From Candidatus Bathyarchaeota archaeon (GTDB lineage Archaea; Thermoproteota; Bathyarchaeia; TCS64), in NCBI GenBank assembly GCA_963769425.1, contig CAVYLP010000001.1, positions 359,804-423,803 of the forward strand: 64,000 bases of DNA, in the 5' to 3' direction. Each line of letters starts with the position of its first letter. The stretch's first letter is position 1. The translations under genes were made by a program, and so were the position numbers. The notes under the pieces were generated by a model. It was given only the letters and a program-made list of their open reading frames with translations, did no database searches and was not told the origin of the DNA. Below, one piece after another: positions 51,370 to 61,019 of the stretch.

Positions 51370-52490
51370 GTGACTCAGATAAACTCGTTGAGCTGCCTCA
51401 CAGGATACTCAGCGAAGCTTTACGCGCCGGCGTCAACGTGAGCGAGTCCGACACCTCCGGTGTATTTTTCCACGTTGACCAGAAGACAATCTACTCTAAA
51501 ATCGGCTCCTTCTTCCAGGATCAGATAGAGATGATGGATACGAAGGACGCGTTGGAGAAGTATCCGTGGCTCAGGGAACGCATGTGGACGCTTGTAGAGA
51601 AGGATAAGGATGAGTACACTCGTGAGGTTGCGGAGAGCTGGAGCGGCGGGTACTTCATGCGCATCAATCCGGGGGCGAAGGTGACTCTCCCACTTCAGAG
51701 CTGCCTGATGATCACAGCCGAGAACAGCAGGCAACGCGTTCACAACATAATAATCGCGGGTAAGGGAAGTGAGAGTCAGATCCTCACGACATGTGCCCAG
51801 CACCATGAGGCAAGCCTGGGAGCCCACCTCGGCGTAAGTGAGATCTGGGTGGAGGAAGGCGCCAAGCTCACGTACACGATGGTGCACCACTGGGCCCCGG
51901 AGACATTAGTTAGGCCTCGAACAGGTGTTAAAGTGGAAGGAGACGCCGAATTCGTGTCTAACTACGTCTGCTTGACCCCCGCCAAGGATGTCCAGATGTC
52001 CCCTAGGGCTACCTGCGTTGGCCCTAACTCGAAGGCGGTCTTCAACAGCGTGCTATACGTCCACGAAGGATCAGCGATGGATATAGGGTCAGAGGCGGTT
52101 CTGAATGGGGAGGGGTGTGTGACGGAGTTAAACACACGAGCAGTCACTCGAGCTGGAAGCCACCTCGTTAGCAGGGGTACTATTTACGGTAACAGCGACG
52201 GCTGCCGTGGCCACCTGGAGTGCAGGGGTCTGCTGCTCGATGAGGAGTCGGTTTTGGAGGCTATTCCAATACTCATAGCGACCCGATCAGGCGCGGAGTT
52301 GAGTCACGAGGCAGCTATCGGCAAGCTGAGTGAGGGTGAGATCACGTACCTTATGAGCAGGCGCCTGAGTAGGGACGCCGCCGTTGGGGTATTGGTGAGG
52401 GGCTTCATGGATGTTGGGGTCATGGGATTATCCGATGCGGTTAGGGAGGAGATAGAATCCATAGTGGACCTCGTAGCAGGATCTAGTTAA
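51366..52490 (+). CDS. sufB: Fe-S assembly scaffold SufB/D (SmsB type)
   Basis: PLQSC, QRVHNIII, GHLECRGL, LSHEAAIGK, YLMSR, RGF. Confidence 0.9.
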   Translation: MSDSDKLVELPHRILSEALRAGVNVSESDTSGVFFHVDQKTIYSKIGSFFQDQIEMMDTKDALEKYPWLRERMWTLVEKDKDEYTREVAESWSGGYFMRINPGAKVTLPLQSCLMITAENSRQRVHNIIIAGKGSESQILTTCAQHHEASLGAHLGVSEIWVEEGAKLTYTMVHHWAPETLVRPRTGVKVEGDAEFVSNYVCLTPAKDVQMSPRATCVGPNSKAVFNSVLYVHEGSAMDIGSEAVLNGEGCVTELNTRAVTRAGSHLVSRGTIYGNSDGCRGHLECRGLLLDEESVLEAIPILIATRSGAELSHEAAIGKLSEGEITYLMSRRLSRDAAVGVLVRGFMDVGVMGLSDAVREEIESIVDLVAGSS

Positions 52491-52543
52491 TCGCTCACCC
52501 AACTGATTATGTATATATTTAAATATTTGGATGTATTACGATA

Positions 52544-53224
52544 TTGGGAAGTATGAACCGCAAAGAGTTTGAGGACTGTAAGAAGATCGACAAATATGAT
52601 GGGTTCTTCGAGGCAGCCTTAGGGGCCGATGGCCTCACGATGAAGGACTATCAAGGATTCATGCCAATCATCTTCGATGTGGTCCCTAAGAGGACGGAAA
52701 AAGAACCCATCCTCATGTACGAAAATGTCATAAAAGAGTTGAGTAAGCGTTGGACAGCCTCAAAACAGCTGCCCTTCCACGGGCCTTGGCATCACGGCCT
52801 CGTTCCGGGCATAATCATCACCGCTCTCAGAAACAATGGATACAACTTCACAGATGCCGATATTAAAGAGGCGATGAAGCGTGGGCTAATGGTTCCGGGT
52901 GGTGCGTGTGGCTTCCATGGGATCTGCGGGGCTGGGACCGGCGTCGGGATTGCCACCAGCATAGTAACCAAGTCAACGGATTTCCACGACGAGGAGCGCT
53001 CTGAGGCCTTGGATGCCGCCAGCGAAGCCATCGGTGATATCGCGAAGCTTGGGGGACCCAGGTGCTGTAGGTTGAGCACATATACGACGTTGAGTTTGGC
53101 TGTGAAACGTCTCGCAAAGATGGGGTATAATTTACCTGCGGAGAGGACCGCTGGGCGATGTGAGGATCACCTATTAAATGGTCAGTGCCACGGTCTTAAG
53201 TGCCCATATTTTCCTAGAACCTAG
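52544..53224 (+). CDS. Cys-rich DUF5714-like protein (stand-alone)
   Basis: HGPWHH, PGGACGFHGICGAG, GGPRCC, C-terminal C...NGQC...CPYF. Confidence 0.75.
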   Translation: MGSMNRKEFEDCKKIDKYDGFFEAALGADGLTMKDYQGFMPIIFDVVPKRTEKEPILMYENVIKELSKRWTASKQLPFHGPWHHGLVPGIIITALRNNGYNFTDADIKEAMKRGLMVPGGACGFHGICGAGTGVGIATSIVTKSTDFHDEERSEALDAASEAIGDIAKLGGPRCCRLSTYTTLSLAVKRLAKMGYNLPAERTAGRCEDHLLNGQCHGLKCPYFPRT

Positions 53225-53323
53225 CCCCTAAATCAGTAGATAACAATCCAGAATTCATAGTAGTTTAGTGACCAGATTATTCCTCATTCGTAAGGTGATA
53301 CGCGAATCTCTTACAAGAATAAA

Positions 53324-53596
53324 TTAATTGGTACGTATACTATTTCGAATCTGACTAGCGATCTCTATTATCGTCGACACTCTCTCGTCGGTAAGGCTGT
53401 AGAGAATCCTCTTACCATCACGCCTAGACTTCACGACCCCCGCATTCTCAAGGACACTAAGGTGCCGAGAAACCGTTGGCTGCGCTCTTCCCGTAAGTAT
53501 CACGAACTCACAGGCACAAATCTCTCTACCCTTAAGAGCTTCGACTATTTTGATCCTAGTCGGATCCGATAAGGCCTTCAGCACACTCGACGACAT
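53324..53596 (-). CDS. arsR: ArsR/SmtB repressor
   Basis: LKALSDPTRIKI, CACEF, QPTVSRHL. Confidence 0.9.
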   Translation of the reverse strand: MSSSVLKALSDPTRIKIVEALKGREICACEFVILTGRAQPTVSRHLSVLENAGVVKSRRDGKRILYSLTDERVSTIIEIASQIRNSIRTN

Positions 53597-54082
53597 GGTT
53601 CATATCGTCATATACATATGAATAAATATATTGAAATTATCTTTTAAGAATACGAGGATTACACACTTCCTTCACATCTCGATGCGCATGGGCCAACCCC
53701 CATTGGCCAACGGTGTGAGTCGTACCTGCATCGAAAGGCCATATGCAGTCGATAGATCACTCTCACTGCGCGCCCCCTAACGTTTCTACGCGCACATGGA
53801 GAGAAATAACAATCATAATAAAAATAACATACAAAATAAGATCCGTGTCACCCACAAATACCCTAGTGAATAAAACGTTTAATTTACCCGTTTGACCATC
53901 CTGGCAACCCCACAAGAAACAACTCAAAACACCAACATAACAAAAACTACCAAAAACAATCCCAAAAAATACCAAAATTAACGCAACAAAAGAAAAATGA
54001 ACGGGGCATGGGTTTACCCGACCCCACCCTTATCAATTTAAAATTAACACAAACAAGTAAAATGAACGGTATCAATGCTCTA

Positions 54083-54097
54083 TCCCCCCGCACCAAA
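54083..54097 (+). repeat. att-like copy of the tRNA-Leu 3' end
   Basis: TCCCCCCGCACCAAA, identical to 40343-40357. Confidence 0.85.
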
Positions 54098-54214
54098 TAT
54101 ATCTATAGAAACGAATCCCAATGCGCGACGCGTTGCTGTGTGCCCAGAGGATTTTCCGGCCCATTATTGAACATAAATATGCATCTCTCCAGCATTATCT
54201 CGAAGGGTGCTCTC

Positions 54215-54878
54215 TTGAAAAAACAACTAGTCCTTCACCTTATCGACAATCCACTCGCTCAGGAGACGCTGACCACCCTACGTGACAAGGGCACCGACAT
54301 GGCAGGCTTCCGCAGGGCCCTGGCACTGCTCGGTAAGTTAACGGCGTTCGAGATCGCCAGGACCATGAGCTACGAGGAGGTAGAGGTAGAGACGCCGATG
54401 TGCGTCAAGTCGAGTGGCGTCTCCCTCACGGACGCGCAGAACGTCGTCGTAATCAACGTCCTAAGGGCCGCCATGCCCTTCGTCGGAGGGCTTGTCGAGA
54501 TCCTACCCAAGGGCTAGGCTCGGGGTCGTCAGCGCGAGGCGCGTGGAGGAGGGCGTCGCGGCACCGGAGTACAACTTCAGGATAGAGATGCCCTACTTCC
54601 GGGTCCCCGCGATACGTCCCGAGGACACACTGATAGTTGCGGATCCCATGCTCGCCAGTGGAAGTACCCTGCTGGCGGTGCTGGAGCGGCTAGTGCGGTC
54701 TGGCTCCCCTAAGCGTGTCATCGCCGCGTCGGTGGTCTCAGCGCCCATTGGGATAGAGAGGGTAGGTGCTAGGTACCCAAATGTAGAGTTCTTCACCGTC
54801 ACAGTCGATGAGGGATTGAATGAGCATGGCTATATTCTGCCCGGTCTTGGGGACGCGGGAGATAGGGTCTGCGGATAA
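54215..54878 (+). CDS. upp: Uracil phosphoribosyltransferase, frameshift near 54512
   Basis: LRDKGT, VETP, VLRAA, DPMLASGST, GYILPGLGDAGDR. Confidence 0.93.
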
Positions 54879-55565
54879 AGAAGGCGCAAGTATCTATTCA
54901 TAACACAAAATCGCGTCTGCGAGTTTACTGGTAAAATCGGTATCCGAATGCCTCTCACAATTAAAAAATATTGACTAATTTTTTCAACGAGGCTTCTCAC
55001 CAAACCCCGTCGCACACTCCTCCACACATTCAGCTATATATAGCGAAGTCACCGGGGACGCGTCGCCGGAACCATCTGAAACGTGTCGAAAATCGTTGAA
55101 TATCCATTGAAAACCGTTGCATTCCGTGTGCCTTCAACAATCATTGAAGGGAGTGGATCGCGGTTCAATGAACGGTGTGAATTAGGTATGGGGTGGGTGT
55201 ACGCCGTTCAATCGGAGGCGTAAAACAGTCTAGATGTGTTCATTCATCGGTGTGAAGGCGTCCCGTGGAAACACCTTATTAGTGGTTACCACTTATGGGG
55301 AAACATCTTAGCGGGAGGGTTGACGGTGGGGATAAACTCGGGGAGGACGTTCAGGGGATCCTCTCGGCCTAGGAGATGTGGTTCGTCTACTTATTCCGAG
55401 GAATTCGACTAGATCTTAGCCGCCATCAAGCCCTCCAACGACGAGTAGACCTCTTCGAAGGAATTTAGCGTTAGTTAGTCAAATACAACATCGATGTCAC
55501 ACACTTCTAATTCGGAGGTTACAAATCCAAATTGATAGCAGTTAGTTGGGTCCCACTGAACGGGA

Positions 55566-56525
55566 TTAGGTTCCCCCAGCAACAATTGGCTTTCTCAATC
55601 GCGCCTGCGCCCTAGCAACCAGCCCCGCGAAGCCGTCCGGCTCGAAGAGCAGCATCCCCCAGATCACCGCGTAGGGGATAAGCCCGAGCATGGAGATGAA
55701 GTTGCTCGCGTACGCGAACCCCATGATGGGGCGGTTCCCGATGTAGGTGCTCAACGCGTCGACGACCCAGCTCTGCACAAAGACGAGGGTGAAACCCCCC
55801 ACCGCGGCCCCGGGTACACTCCAGATTCCCCCGAGGAAGCTCCCCGCCATCACCGTGACCAGCATCGCGTCCGCCCCAAGTGGATTGATCCCCTGGAGTA
55901 ACGCCGTCGCGAAGCCAGCGAAGCCCGCGAGGGCCCCCCCGAGCACCCACGACGCGAGATGTGCCCGAAAGGTATTCACTCCGAGAACCATAGCCAACTC
56001 CTCGTTCTCCGACACAGCCCTCAGCGAGAGCCCAAGCCTGTTTCGGCTCAGGAAGGCGTAGATGATCAGCACCGCGGCGACCGACGCCACTGGTACGAAG
56101 ACTCGCCCACCGGGTACGCCGAGGACGCTGAAGTCGTAGCCACTCAGCCTGAACGCCGTGTTCGTGATGCCTTCCCCCATCAGCGCCCAGTAGCGGATCG
56201 CTAGGAAGGTCGAGTTCAGCACCAACGAGGCCGCGAGGAACGCTAGGGTGAGGTAGATAATGCTCCTACCACGCCTTGTAAGGGGCCGAGCCAAGAACAG
56301 ATACAGGACTGCCCCCAGTAGGCCCGAGAGCACAACCGCTACGGGGAACGAGAGGTATGGGTTCACCCCGAGGAAGTAAACGACGGCGAAGGCGAAGAAT
56401 CCACCCATGTTCGCGATGCTGACGTGCGCGAAGTTCGGGAACCTCTCAGTGGTGAAGGTGAAGCTGAAACCCATACACAGGACGGCGACGACGAACCCCT
56501 GAACAGCCACCGACCACGCGTCCAT
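55566..56525 (-). CDS. Branched-chain amino acid ABC permease (LivH-like)
   Basis: NFAH, LGLSLRAVSENEELAMVLGVN, LGGIWSVPGA. Confidence 0.85.
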   Translation of the reverse strand: MDAWSVAVQGFVVAVLCMGFSFTFTTERFPNFAHVSIANMGGFFAFAVVYFLGVNPYLSFPVAVVLSGLLGAVLYLFLARPLTRRGRSIIYLTLAFLAASLVLNSTFLAIRYWALMGEGITNTAFRLSGYDFSVLGVPGGRVFVPVASVAAVLIIYAFLSRNRLGLSLRAVSENEELAMVLGVNTFRAHLASWVLGGALAGFAGFATALLQGINPLGADAMLVTVMAGSFLGGIWSVPGAAVGGFTLVFVQSWVVDALSTYIGNRPIMGFAYASNFISMLGLIPYAVIWGMLLFEPDGFAGLVARAQARLRKPIVAGGT

Positions 56526-56592
56526 TCCCCGGTCGCATCCCCGAACGCGAACCCATGAAGAGTGACAACTACTATACTTAAGACCATCCAGC

Positions 56593-57435
56593 TCAGCAGT
56601 AGCAGGGCATGACCTCGTCAGAGAACCTGCTCATCGCCGTCGGGTCGCCCCGGGGGAACGCCACCGCGTAGTACTGGGCCCCAAGCTCCGCCGCAGCTTC
56701 GACCCCCGCAGAGTACTCCTTCGGGTCGTAGGCCCTCGCATCCATCGTCCCCCGCATAAGCGCGGGCCCCACCCTCCCCGCCTCCTCCGCCGCCGACTCC
56801 ACCTCCGAGATCAGATCCTGCACGTTCCCCTGAACCCACGGCGGCACGAAGAACATGTCCGCGAACTGCCCAGTCAGCCGGAGCATCCGCTTCCCCTGAC
56901 TCCCGAAGAGCAGCCTGGGGTGAGGCTTCTGCAGGGGCTTCGGCGAAAGAACCGCGCCCTCCAAGTCGTAGAACTTGCCGTGGTGAGTCACGCTCTCCTC
57001 CGACCAGAGGGCAAGTATCACCTTCAGCGCCTCAACCGTCTTCGCCACCCTCTCCGCGGGCTCCAGCCAACTGCTATAGCCCCTGAACTCGACCTGACTC
57101 CACCCCGCCCCCACGCCGAGGACCACCCTGCCCCCCGAGAGGTTATCGAGCGTCGAGAGCATCTTCGCCAGCATCCCCGGGTGGCGCAGCCCCAGAGGCG
57201 TCACCAGCGTCCCTAAACTGATCTTCTCCGTCTTCCCCGCGAGGTAGCTCAGCGTCGTCCAAGTCTCCAACGTGCTGTAGGGGTTCTTCATGCTGTGCCC
57301 AATCTCCGTCCCCCACATGTAGTGGTCGGGCATCAGCGCCCCGTCGAATCCGAGGTGATCCGCCTCAATAATCGACTTGGTAATATAGTCCTGATTCTCG
57401 GCGAGGTTGCCGAGACCGGTTAGGTAGAACTTCAT
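56593..57435 (-). CDS. LLM-class (luciferase-like, probably F420-dependent) oxidoreductase
   Basis: GFDGALMPDH, LGTLVT, LDNLSGGRVVLGVGAGW, PKPLQKPHP. Confidence 0.88.
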   Translation of the reverse strand: MKFYLTGLGNLAENQDYITKSIIEADHLGFDGALMPDHYMWGTEIGHSMKNPYSTLETWTTLSYLAGKTEKISLGTLVTPLGLRHPGMLAKMLSTLDNLSGGRVVLGVGAGWSQVEFRGYSSWLEPAERVAKTVEALKVILALWSEESVTHHGKFYDLEGAVLSPKPLQKPHPRLLFGSQGKRMLRLTGQFADMFFVPPWVQGNVQDLISEVESAAEEAGRVGPALMRGTMDARAYDPKEYSAGVEAAAELGAQYYAVAFPRGDPTAMSRFSDEVMPCYC

Positions 57436-57484
57436 GTCAATCAGGGAATACCGGGGGAGGCGCCCTTATAATGCTGATAGGGAC

Positions 57485-58483
57485 TCAACCCGGGACGTTG
57501 AATAGCTTCGCACTGGTCTCGCCGAGTATCCTCTCCCTGTCCCCCGCCTTGACGCCCTTCAGCCCCTTTATCATCGGTATCAAGTCGTAGTCCCCCATGT
57601 CCCAGGGAAAGTCGGTTCCGTAGAGGACGTTCCCCGCCCCCATCACAGAGACGAGGTAACCAAGAGCCGCTTCCGAATGGGTGATGGTATCGTAATACAT
57701 TCGGGACGCATACTCGCTCGGCAACCTAGGAATGTTCGCCTTCGGCTCCGGGCGCACCTCATACCCATGGTCGAAGCGCCCCATCTGGTAGGGCCAGAAG
57801 CCTCCGCCGTGCCCCCAACAGAACGTCAACTTTTTGAACTTCTCCAGCACGCCTCCGAAAACGACGCTCCCCACCGCGAGGGTCGTCTCAAGAGGGTTCC
57901 CCACGATGTTGCCGAGGTAGTACCTCCCCATCCGGTCCGCACCAGCGTTGTTAATCGGGTGAACTACGATCGGCGCCCCCAACCTCTCTGCCTCGGAGTA
58001 GAAGGGTATCAGCTCGGGTGAGTCGAGGTTCTTCCCCACCACGTTCGACCCAATCTCCACGCTTGTAAACCCGAGGTCCCGAACACAGCGATTCAGCTCC
58101 TCAACCGCTGCCCCGGGGTCCTGAAGAGGCACCGTGCCACATCCTACGAATCTCCCCGGGTGATCCGCAACCATATCCGCTATCGCGTCATTCTGCGCAG
58201 CAGCTATAGCTGCGCCGGCCTCGGGGGGCGCGTCGTAGCAGAAGTTCCCAGGCGTCACCGAAACAACCTGCACATCCACACCCCACTCATCCATGAGCCT
58301 GAGACGCCCCTCCACATCGCTGAACCCGGGCATCGGCTCCAACGGGCCGCTCGACTTATCCCCCGTGACTATGACGTACTTGCCCCCCTCCTCAAGGAGC
58401 TGAGGGGCATACCTCTTGTACCTCCTATCCACCCCCGCTAACGCCTCCTTGGTGAAGACGTGAGCGTGCATATCCACGATCAA
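57485..58483 (-). CDS. Amidohydrolase_2 (ACMSD-like decarboxylase)
   Basis: DMHAH, VHP, GNPLETT, HGGG, GTDFP. Confidence 0.88.
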   Translation of the reverse strand: MIVDMHAHVFTKEALAGVDRRYKRYAPQLLEEGGKYVIVTGDKSSGPLEPMPGFSDVEGRLRLMDEWGVDVQVVSVTPGNFCYDAPPEAGAAIAAAQNDAIADMVADHPGRFVGCGTVPLQDPGAAVEELNRCVRDLGFTSVEIGSNVVGKNLDSPELIPFYSEAERLGAPIVVHPINNAGADRMGRYYLGNIVGNPLETTLAVGSVVFGGVLEKFKKLTFCWGHGGGFWPYQMGRFDHGYEVRPEPKANIPRLPSEYASRMYYDTITHSEAALGYLVSVMGAGNVLYGTDFPWDMGDYDLIPMIKGLKGVKAGDRERILGETSAKLFNVPG

Positions 58484-58700
58484 TTAAATCACTAAGATGG
58501 AGACAGTCGAGTGATAAAACAGCTACTAGTCACAATGAAAGACCGACTCTCAGTAGACAGCCATCCACACTATTCCTTGCAACTGACGCAAAACTCATGA
58601 TTTTTTCAATGTGTTTGGTGGAGAGACATAATTAACTAACCACGAGAGCAATTGGAGAGTAAAATACGAGGCTAAGAATCAGGAAGGGTTCAGAGGCCTT

Positions 58701-59171
58701 CTATGAGCTGTCTACCCTCTTAGCGAGGTTCCTCTCGTAGATGAGGAAGATATCATCGCCCTTATGGACGAAGAGCGCCGGCGTCGTCGTGTCCACACCA
58801 TACGTCCTGAAGGTCTTCGTATCCCCCTCGATATCGACCGGTATCATCGGCGTCGTGAAGGTCCGCTCACCCCACCGCTGCTCGAGCTGAAGGATACCCC
58901 CACTCCTCACCACATGATACGAGGAGGTGTCCTTGAAAGTCTTGTACGACCCCGCGAGGCCGTCCAGTATCCTGCCCCTCCTGAAGCTCGTGATCTCCAG
59001 AGGACTCTTACCCAGCAGCAGCGCCGTCGCGTACTCACCGATGTCCTCCAGGAAGTAGCCGCCATTCGCAAGGATGGCGACGCCACAGCCCGCGTCGGGG
59101 ACGAAGTTGATGTAGGCGCTGGAGCCGAATACGCTCCCGCTGTGCTGGACCAAGCGGTGCCCGAGGAAGCC
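58701..59171 (-). CDS. Serine hydrolase (beta-lactamase family), C-terminal part only, cut at junction
   Basis: GFLGHRLVQHSGSVFG...GVAILAN; no N-terminal SxxK domain upstream. Confidence 0.7.
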   Translation of the reverse strand, partial: GFLGHRLVQHSGSVFGSSAYINFVPDAGCGVAILANGGYFLEDIGEYATALLLGKSPLEITSFRRGRILDGLAGSYKTFKDTSSYHVVRSGGILQLEQRWGERTFTTPMIPVDIEGDTKTFRTYGVDTTTPALFVHKGDDIFLIYERNLAKRVDSS

Positions 59172-59486
59172 ACGCTGCGGTCGCGCAGGATTCCTATGAC
59201 AAGCTGCAAAGGGAAATGGATGAAATCAACAATGCCATGAACGGAAACGGCGTCATTACCGCGCCGTGCGACGGAATTGTGTCTACGATCCTCTATACCG
59301 CCGGAAAAAGCGTGGAGGCGAACGCAGCGATGCTGACGATCTCCAGTACGGATTCCGTTTCCATGTCCGCGTCTGTTTCCGAGGACGACATCACGGGAGT
59401 GAAAATAGGCCAGGATGCTTCCGTCTCTCTTTCCGCTTATGACAATGAATCCTTTGACGCTGTTGTGGACAGTATCACGGCCGACG
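59172..59486 (+). CDS. Internal fragment of a bacterial efflux periplasmic adaptor (HlyD-like)
   Basis: ITAPCDGIV, VSEDDITGVKIGQ; lacks both termini. Confidence 0.7.
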
Positions 59487-59817
59487 TCCGATCACGACAC
59501 GGATGGACAAGGAGCGCCTCTACAGGCTGATTGCCAAATTGGCACCGGCAATGATGCCGTTGTCAGATCTTTCTCCGCCGTATCTTCGGCAAGGCCGGTC
59601 CCCGCCTGCTGCCGATCCTGGAATATGATCATTGGGGTTTGCCGCTGACCTCAATCGCGAATGGGCAATTTTGGATACGTTCGACATGCTGTCGCCGGTA
59701 CACGATCATCCGCAATCCGTGCAGACGGTCGCGTTTCAGGAGGCCGGCTTTGTCGATATCGCCGTCGAATACGGGTTGAACGGGGTTGTTGCCCGCGGGC
59801 GTCGTCCATCGGGCTAG
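59487..59817 (+). CDS. C-terminal fragment of a bacterial methyltransferase-like protein, frameshifted
   Basis: EWAILDTFDMLSPVHDHPQ...AGF...VVARG. Confidence 0.5.
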
Positions 59818-59872
59818 CTGCCAGGCGATCGCACAGTTTACATCTCGCGCAGCATAACTACCGGAACGGCAA

Positions 59873-60970
59873 GTGAATATATTGCATCTGATTTCGCACC
59901 TGACCAAAGGCGGTGCCGAGCGGCAACTTGTTTATCTCGCAACATATGGAGCGCGGACCGGCAACGAGGTCCACGTGGGCTATCTTGCTGGTACACCGGT
60001 TCCTGATGAACTGGAAAGAGTCGAGTGTCCACCTTCACCCGATTGCCCATTCTGGCAATTATGATCCGATGCTTTTCTGCGCCTTGTTCGGCTTATTTGG
60101 CGTCTGAGGCCCGACATAGTTCAGACTTGGCTGCTGCAGATGGACATTCTGGGCGGACTGGCTGCGTCGCTGACAAGAACCCCCTGGCTGCTGCGCGAAC
60201 CCGTCAGTGGCTTGTTTTGGACAGGGGGCCTGAAAACCCGCCTGCGCCGCCGGATCGGGGCTCGCGCCGATGCAATCGTTTCCAACTCGGCCGGTGGCGA
60301 CGCTTACTGGGCCGATATCAAACCCGCGGAGCAGCGCTTTGTGATCGGAAACGTTGTTCCCGTGGATGAAATCGCGGCGGTCCCGAAAGCCCCCGAAGGG
60401 TCTCTTGGGTTTTCGGATAAGCGGCCGATCATCATGTCGGCGGGTCGCCTGGACGAGCAAAAGAATTTCGAAGTCATGATTAGAGGATTGGCGAGGGTCC
60501 TCGATCAGACCGGGGTTGGGGCCGTGATATACGGCGAGGGATCCCTTCGCGGACGGCTCGAAGTCCTCATTCGAGATCGCGGCATGCAGGAAAAAATTCT
60601 TTTGCCCGGAACGGTGCCAAGCATTTGGAGTGCGCTGAAGTCAGCCCGGATCTTCGTCTCGCTGAGCCGATACGAAGGACACCCGAATGTGGTGCTGGAA
60701 GCGATGGCGTGCGGCTGTCCGTTGATCGTGTCCGATATCCCGTCGCATCGGGAATTTCTCGACGACGACGGCAGTCTTTGTCGCACAATATGAGGACCCC
60801 GGCGCGGTCGCGAACGCCATCCTTGAAGTTCTGGGGGATGCTGAAGCCGCCTCGAAGCGCAGCCGCGCGGCGCGCGCGCGCCTGGACCGCGGATATAGCG
60901 TTGCGACGATATCTGGAAAGTACGAGGCCGTTTACGAGGCGGTTCTCGCGCGCCGGAAAAAAAGGCCGTT
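59873..60970 (+). CDS. Glycosyltransferase family 4, frameshifted
   Basis: ILHLISHLTKGGAERQL; GRLDEQKN; SRYEGHPNVVLEAMACG. Confidence 0.85.
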
Positions 60971-61019
60971 GGCCAAAGAGTGACGGATCGGTCAGTCTCG
61001 AATTGACCGGAGCTTTGCC

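Larger units (their letters stand above)
40343..54097. mobile_element. Genomic island integrated at tRNA-Leu(CAA), no integrase, arsenic/redox cargo
   Basis: Perfect direct repeat TCCCCCCGCACCAAA at 40343-40357 and 54083-54097; housekeeping genes outside both ends. Confidence 0.85.
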
